Positions 7,763 to 11,327 of a stretch of 11,327 bases of DNA are shown in pieces. Origin of the DNA: Deltaproteobacteria bacterium (GTDB taxonomy: Bacteria > Myxococcota_A > UBA9160 > SMWR01); contig JAQBHB010000095.1 in assembly GCA_032128115.1 (NCBI GenBank), forward strand, positions 1 to 11,327, given 5' to 3'. A program made the position numbers and the translations under genes. How positions within the stretch are numbered: the first letter of the stretch is position 1; every line of letters begins with the position of its first letter. The notes below the pieces were generated by a model. It saw nothing but the letters and a program-made list of their open reading frames with translations, was not told the DNA's origin and did not search any database.

Positions 7763-8440
7763 GTGCTCTACGCCGTCGGTGACATCCATGGGGAGCGGGA
7801 GATGCTCGCGGAGCTGATTGCCAAGCTCCCCTTGCGTCCGGATGACCGCCTGCTCTTCATCGGCGACTACATCGACCGGGGCCCCGACTCCTTCGGGGTG
7901 GTGGAACTGCTGGTGAAGCTCGCCCAGGAGCGGTCGTGCACGTTCCTGTTGGGGAACCACGAGTCCATGTTCCTCGACTTCCTGGGCTGGCGGGGCGAGG
8001 CCTACTTCGGGGGCGACGCCTTCCTGCTGAACGGGGGCGATCGCACCCTGGCCAGCTACGGCTACTTCGACCGCGAGTCGCCGGAGCCCGAGGAGCTGGA
8101 GCTTCCCAAGGAACACGAGGGATTCTTTCGCAATCTGCAGCTCTCCCACGTGGATGGCGACTACTTGTTCGTGCACGCGGGGATCGGGCGCGACCTGATC
8201 GGGGAGACGGATCTCCAGTATGCGCTTCGAAATGCCCGTATCGAAGACCTGCTCTGGGATCGCGCGAGCGCCGAGCTTCCCCACCAACTGGGGGTGACGG
8301 TCGTGTATGGACACACGCCCACTCACGACTTCGGCGTGCGCCTCAATCCGCCCTTCAGCATCGGCATCGACACGGGCGCCGTTTACGGCGGCCGCCTGAC
8401 GGCCATCCGACTTCCGGACGAAACGGTCTTCCAGGTCTAG
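7763..8440 (+). CDS. Metallophosphoesterase, PPP-family Ser/Thr phosphatase / ApaH-like
   Basis: GDIHG, GDYIDRG, GNHE, FVHAG, YGHTP and IDTGAVYGGRLTA motifs. GTG start preceded by AGGGG at 7749-7753. Confidence 0.9.
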   Translation: MLYAVGDIHGEREMLAELIAKLPLRPDDRLLFIGDYIDRGPDSFGVVELLVKLAQERSCTFLLGNHESMFLDFLGWRGEAYFGGDAFLLNGGDRTLASYGYFDRESPEPEELELPKEHEGFFRNLQLSHVDGDYLFVHAGIGRDLIGETDLQYALRNARIEDLLWDRASAELPHQLGVTVVYGHTPTHDFGVRLNPPFSIGIDTGAVYGGRLTAIRLPDETVFQV

Positions 8441-8474
8441 TTTTTTGGCTGCGTTCGCCTGTGGCTCGCTGCGC

Positions 8475-8491
8475 GCGGGCCGGGGGCCCGC
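8475..8491. terminator. GC-rich hairpin between convergent genes (possible non-canonical terminator)
   Basis: GCGGGCC-GGG-GGCCCGC perfect 7-bp stem in the 55-bp convergent spacer. No proper U-tract follows it on either strand. Confidence 0.35.
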
Positions 8492-8495
8492 TTGC

Positions 8496-10709
8496 CTAGC
8501 CTTTGCGGGCTTCGACGGTGGGGACGATCATGGAGGCGCCGGGTTCCAGGGCGCCGAAGTCCAGGTCCGGGTTGTACTGGCGCAGCAGCCAGATGGGCAG
8601 CTCGAACTTGCGGTTGGCCAGCTGCCACAGGCTGTCGCCTTCGCTCAGGGTGTAGCTCTCGGTGCCGGAGACGATGAAGGCCGCGAAGAACTCCGCCTGC
8701 AACTCCTGGTGGTACTCCAGACGGCGCTGCTCGAAGATCTCGGCGGGGACCCGGCTGAAGTCGAGACGAATGCGTCGACCGATCACCACGGGGGTGCTGG
8801 AGTGCATGCGGTTGAGCTGGCGCAGTCGACCGGTGGGGACCTCGAGCCAGTTGGCGTAGTGCCCCAGGGTCTCTTCGGCCTGGACCACCACGCGGTCGTC
8901 GGCACCCACCGCGTAGTTCGACGGGTCGGGTATGGGCATGATCGCCTGCAGCGTGGCCTCGGCCGCGGGCACGATCGGAAGCAGGGTCGCGAACGGGTCC
9001 GGTGTGTTCTCGGGCGTCTCCGGTGACGCCACGGCCGCCACCACCAGCGGCTCCGGGGGGAGCTCGTGGGCCTCGTTGCCGTTGCTCTCGATGGGAGGCG
9101 GCTCGACGGCGGCGGGCGGCGCCTCGCTTCGCTGCACTGCAGCCACCAGCACCGGTACGGGCGCTCCGGGCAACCTCAGATTCTGGCCCACCACCAGGTG
9201 GTTGCGGTCGCGAAGCTGGTTCAGACTCGCGAGCTCCGATTCCGTGGTGCCGAAGCGCCGGGCGATGATCGTCAGGCTGTCGCCACGTTTCACGCGATAG
9301 AAGCCGTCGCTGGGCCGCACTTCGCGGGACACCACGGTGCTGCTGTCCCCGGCGCGGTCGGGCAGGATCAGCACCTGGCCGGCGCGGATGAGGTTGCGGC
9401 TGCGCAGGTTGTTCAGGGCCATGAGCTCACTCTCGCGGACGCCGTAGTGGCTGGCGATCCGCGAGAGCGAGTCGCCCCGCTGCACCGTGTAGTAGCGGTC
9501 GCGGTGCTGGCGCGAGAAGCGTTCGGCGTCCGGGATCCGGCCCAACAGCGTCTCGGCTGGCTCGGCCAGGCTGGCCCGGGGCAGGCGCACCTCGTAACCC
9601 CGAGGCATGTACTTGGATCCCTGCCAGATGGCGGGCCGCAGGGCCGGGTTGTAGGCCTCGAGCGAGGCCCGGTCGATCCCCAGGGCGCGCTCCAGGCTGC
9701 CCGCCGCGTAGTAGTGGTCGAGCTCGAAGGTCTCGAACTCCTCGGGCTCGTGCAGGGCGAGCGTTCCGAAATAGCGCTTGGCGTTGCGATCCACTTCGAC
9801 CGCCGCCAGGAACGACGCGTAGAAGTTGCGCGAGGCGAAGCCGAACGTCCGGCTGCGGTACTGCGCCACGATCACGCCGATGTCGTGGGTGCCGAGCTTG
9901 CGCACGGCGCGCCGCATGCCGGCAGCGCCGTGGTTGTAGGAGGTGAGGGCCAATGGCCAGGTTCCCAGTGACTCGTGGTTCTCACCCAGTAGGCGCGCCG
10001 CCGCAACGGTTGCCCGATAGGGATCGAGTCGATCGTCCACCACGTGGTCTACCCGCAGGTAGCGCCGGCCGGTGGAGCGGGTGAACTGCCACATGCCCGC
10101 GGCACCCACGCGTGAGTAGGCGCGCGGGTTGTAGGATGACTCCACGTGGGGAAGGGCGACGAGCTCGAGGGGCATGCCGCGCTCCTCCAGCACCTGCTGG
10201 ATGTACTCGCGCCAGGCTCCGGAGCGCACCAGGCCGTCCCGGAATTTGTCGGCCTGGCCCAGCTGGAATCGCACGTCGTGGCTGGCCTCGCGCAGGGTGG
10301 CGTTCGTGACACCCTCGGGCCACAGGGCCAGCACGCGCTCTTCCTTGGCCGAAAGATCGCTGCGCCGGCCCGTGGCCAGCTTGGCCAGGATGGTGCGGTA
10401 GCCCGTCTTGGCCGCCTCCACGTGCCGCTCGCGCGTGCGCGAGCTCGCACCGGGGGGCAGCTGGATGGCCTCGTACACCACCCCCAGGTGGCTCGAGTCG
10501 TGAATCAGGCCGGCCCCGGTGTCCACCTCGCTGTAGACCCGGATCCAGAAGGCGACGTTCGGCTCGAGGCTTTCCGGCAGCGGCAGCGCCTCGTGGCTCT
10601 CCTCGCCGAGAAACGGGTTCAGCGCCCGAGCCGGACCCGAAGTCAGGACGAGCAGGAGGGCAGTGGCAGCGACGGAGAGATGGCGGATCACGGCGTCTGG
10701 AATCGGCAA
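8496..10709 (-). CDS. Secreted lytic murein transglycosylase (SLT domain, MltD-like) with multiple LysM domains
   Basis: Signal-peptide-like RHLSVAATALLLVLTSGPARA. SLT motifs LPHVESSYNPRAYSRVGAAGMWQF (catalytic Glu) and ALTSYNHG. LysM repeats YTVQRGDSLSRIA, YRVKRGDSLTIIA and YTLSEGDSLWQLA, plus degenerate ones. Start is either TTG 10709 or GTG 10691. Confidence 0.9.
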   Translation of the reverse strand: MPIPDAVIRHLSVAATALLLVLTSGPARALNPFLGEESHEALPLPESLEPNVAFWIRVYSEVDTGAGLIHDSSHLGVVYEAIQLPPGASSRTRERHVEAAKTGYRTILAKLATGRRSDLSAKEERVLALWPEGVTNATLREASHDVRFQLGQADKFRDGLVRSGAWREYIQQVLEERGMPLELVALPHVESSYNPRAYSRVGAAGMWQFTRSTGRRYLRVDHVVDDRLDPYRATVAAARLLGENHESLGTWPLALTSYNHGAAGMRRAVRKLGTHDIGVIVAQYRSRTFGFASRNFYASFLAAVEVDRNAKRYFGTLALHEPEEFETFELDHYYAAGSLERALGIDRASLEAYNPALRPAIWQGSKYMPRGYEVRLPRASLAEPAETLLGRIPDAERFSRQHRDRYYTVQRGDSLSRIASHYGVRESELMALNNLRSRNLIRAGQVLILPDRAGDSSTVVSREVRPSDGFYRVKRGDSLTIIARRFGTTESELASLNQLRDRNHLVVGQNLRLPGAPVPVLVAAVQRSEAPPAAVEPPPIESNGNEAHELPPEPLVVAAVASPETPENTPDPFATLLPIVPAAEATLQAIMPIPDPSNYAVGADDRVVVQAEETLGHYANWLEVPTGRLRQLNRMHSSTPVVIGRRIRLDFSRVPAEIFEQRRLEYHQELQAEFFAAFIVSGTESYTLSEGDSLWQLANRKFELPIWLLRQYNPDLDFGALEPGASMIVPTVEARKG

Positions 10710-10932
10710 CTCGAGTGCAGAACCTGATTTCCGGGTTTCACGAATTCCGGCACCAAGAACCCCGCGGGGTCACCCCGCCTGGATCTACTTCATTGCTTCG
10801 ATCGTTCGGGGACGCTTCCCCCATCACCCAGCGTCCAGAGGTGCGACTCGCTCCCGAGTCTATTCTCCCCCGGCCGCTCCGCCAGGGGTGCGGGGCCGGT
10901 TCGGACCCCCGATCGGGTCCCCACGGACCCCC

Positions 10933-11327
10933 TCAGCGCTTGCGGTTCTTCTTGCGGGCCTTGCGGGCCTGCTTGCGTTTGCCCTTCTGGTGCGACCGCT
11001 GCTTCGCGGCGGCCCGTCGTCCCAGGCCGGTACCGCCGCCCCCGGCGCCCAGGAACGCCGACGGATCCATGCCGGCCCCGGCACCCGCCAGCTGACCCAT
11101 GCCCGGGATGCGCGAGAGCATCCCGCTCGACCCCAGGTTGGCCATCATCGACTTCATCTGATCGAAGCGCTGGACCAGTTCGCGCACCTCGCGCGATCGC
11201 CGCCCGCTGCCCCGCGCGATGCGGGAAGCGCGGCTCTTGTCGATGATCTCGGGCCGGTTGCGCTCCTCGGGTGTCATCGAGTGGATCAGCGATTCGACCT
11301 TGCGCATCTGGCTCTCGTCGACCTGCT
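10933..11327 (-). CDS. ffh: Signal recognition particle protein Ffh, C-terminal M domain (partial, continues beyond the window)
   Basis: Frame is open to the window edge (QVDESQMRK...). SRP RNA-binding M-domain motif [26 protein letters not shown], Met-rich FDQMKSMM and a basic tail. Confidence 0.92.
   Translation of the reverse strand, partial: QVDESQMRKVESLIHSMTPEERNRPEIIDKSRASRIARGSGRRSREVRELVQRFDQMKSMMANLGSSGMLSRIPGMGQLAGAGAGMDPSAFLGAGGGGTGLGRRAAAKQRSHQKGKRKQARKARKKNRKR

Noticed and set aside
8925..8940. MPIPD occurs both at the predicted N-terminus and internally in the transglycosylase
   Set aside because: The codons differ at the DNA level and the N-terminal copy depends on an uncertain TTG start, so this is most likely coincidence.
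10710..10932. SRP RNA (ffs) next to ffh
   Set aside because: The conserved CAGG-N-GNRA-N-AGCAG domain IV motif was not found on either strand.
10715..11095. 126-aa + strand ORF spanning the spacer and the ffh 3' end
   Set aside because: Overlaps ffh in antisense, is low-complexity Pro/Arg-rich, and has no domain or RBS.

Overview
Very GC-rich bacterial window with a housekeeping appearance. I see no mobile element, CRISPR array, tRNA or rRNA. The + strand carries a tightly packed seven-gene run: tandem ATP-cone 2-phosphoglycerate-kinase-like P-loop kinase, Rv0958-like AAA+ ATPase, MIDAS-intact VWA protein, SppA (S49) peptidase, TrmB, RlmN and a PPP/ApaH-like metallophosphoesterase. The first five genes overlap one another (20, 4, 1 and 4 nt). 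Converging on this run from the - strand are the 3' end of ffh and a secreted multi-LysM lytic transglycosylase (MltD-like), separated by a 223-bp hairpin-rich spacer. The best candidates for something undescribed are (1) the coupled kinase/AAA+/VWA/anchorless-SppA module, (2) the double-ATP-cone kinase with no cDPG synthetase in the window, and (3) the structured ffh-transglycosylase spacer. All family calls come from motif recognition by eye, not from database searches. Several ORF-track starts are too far upstream and have been corrected here.
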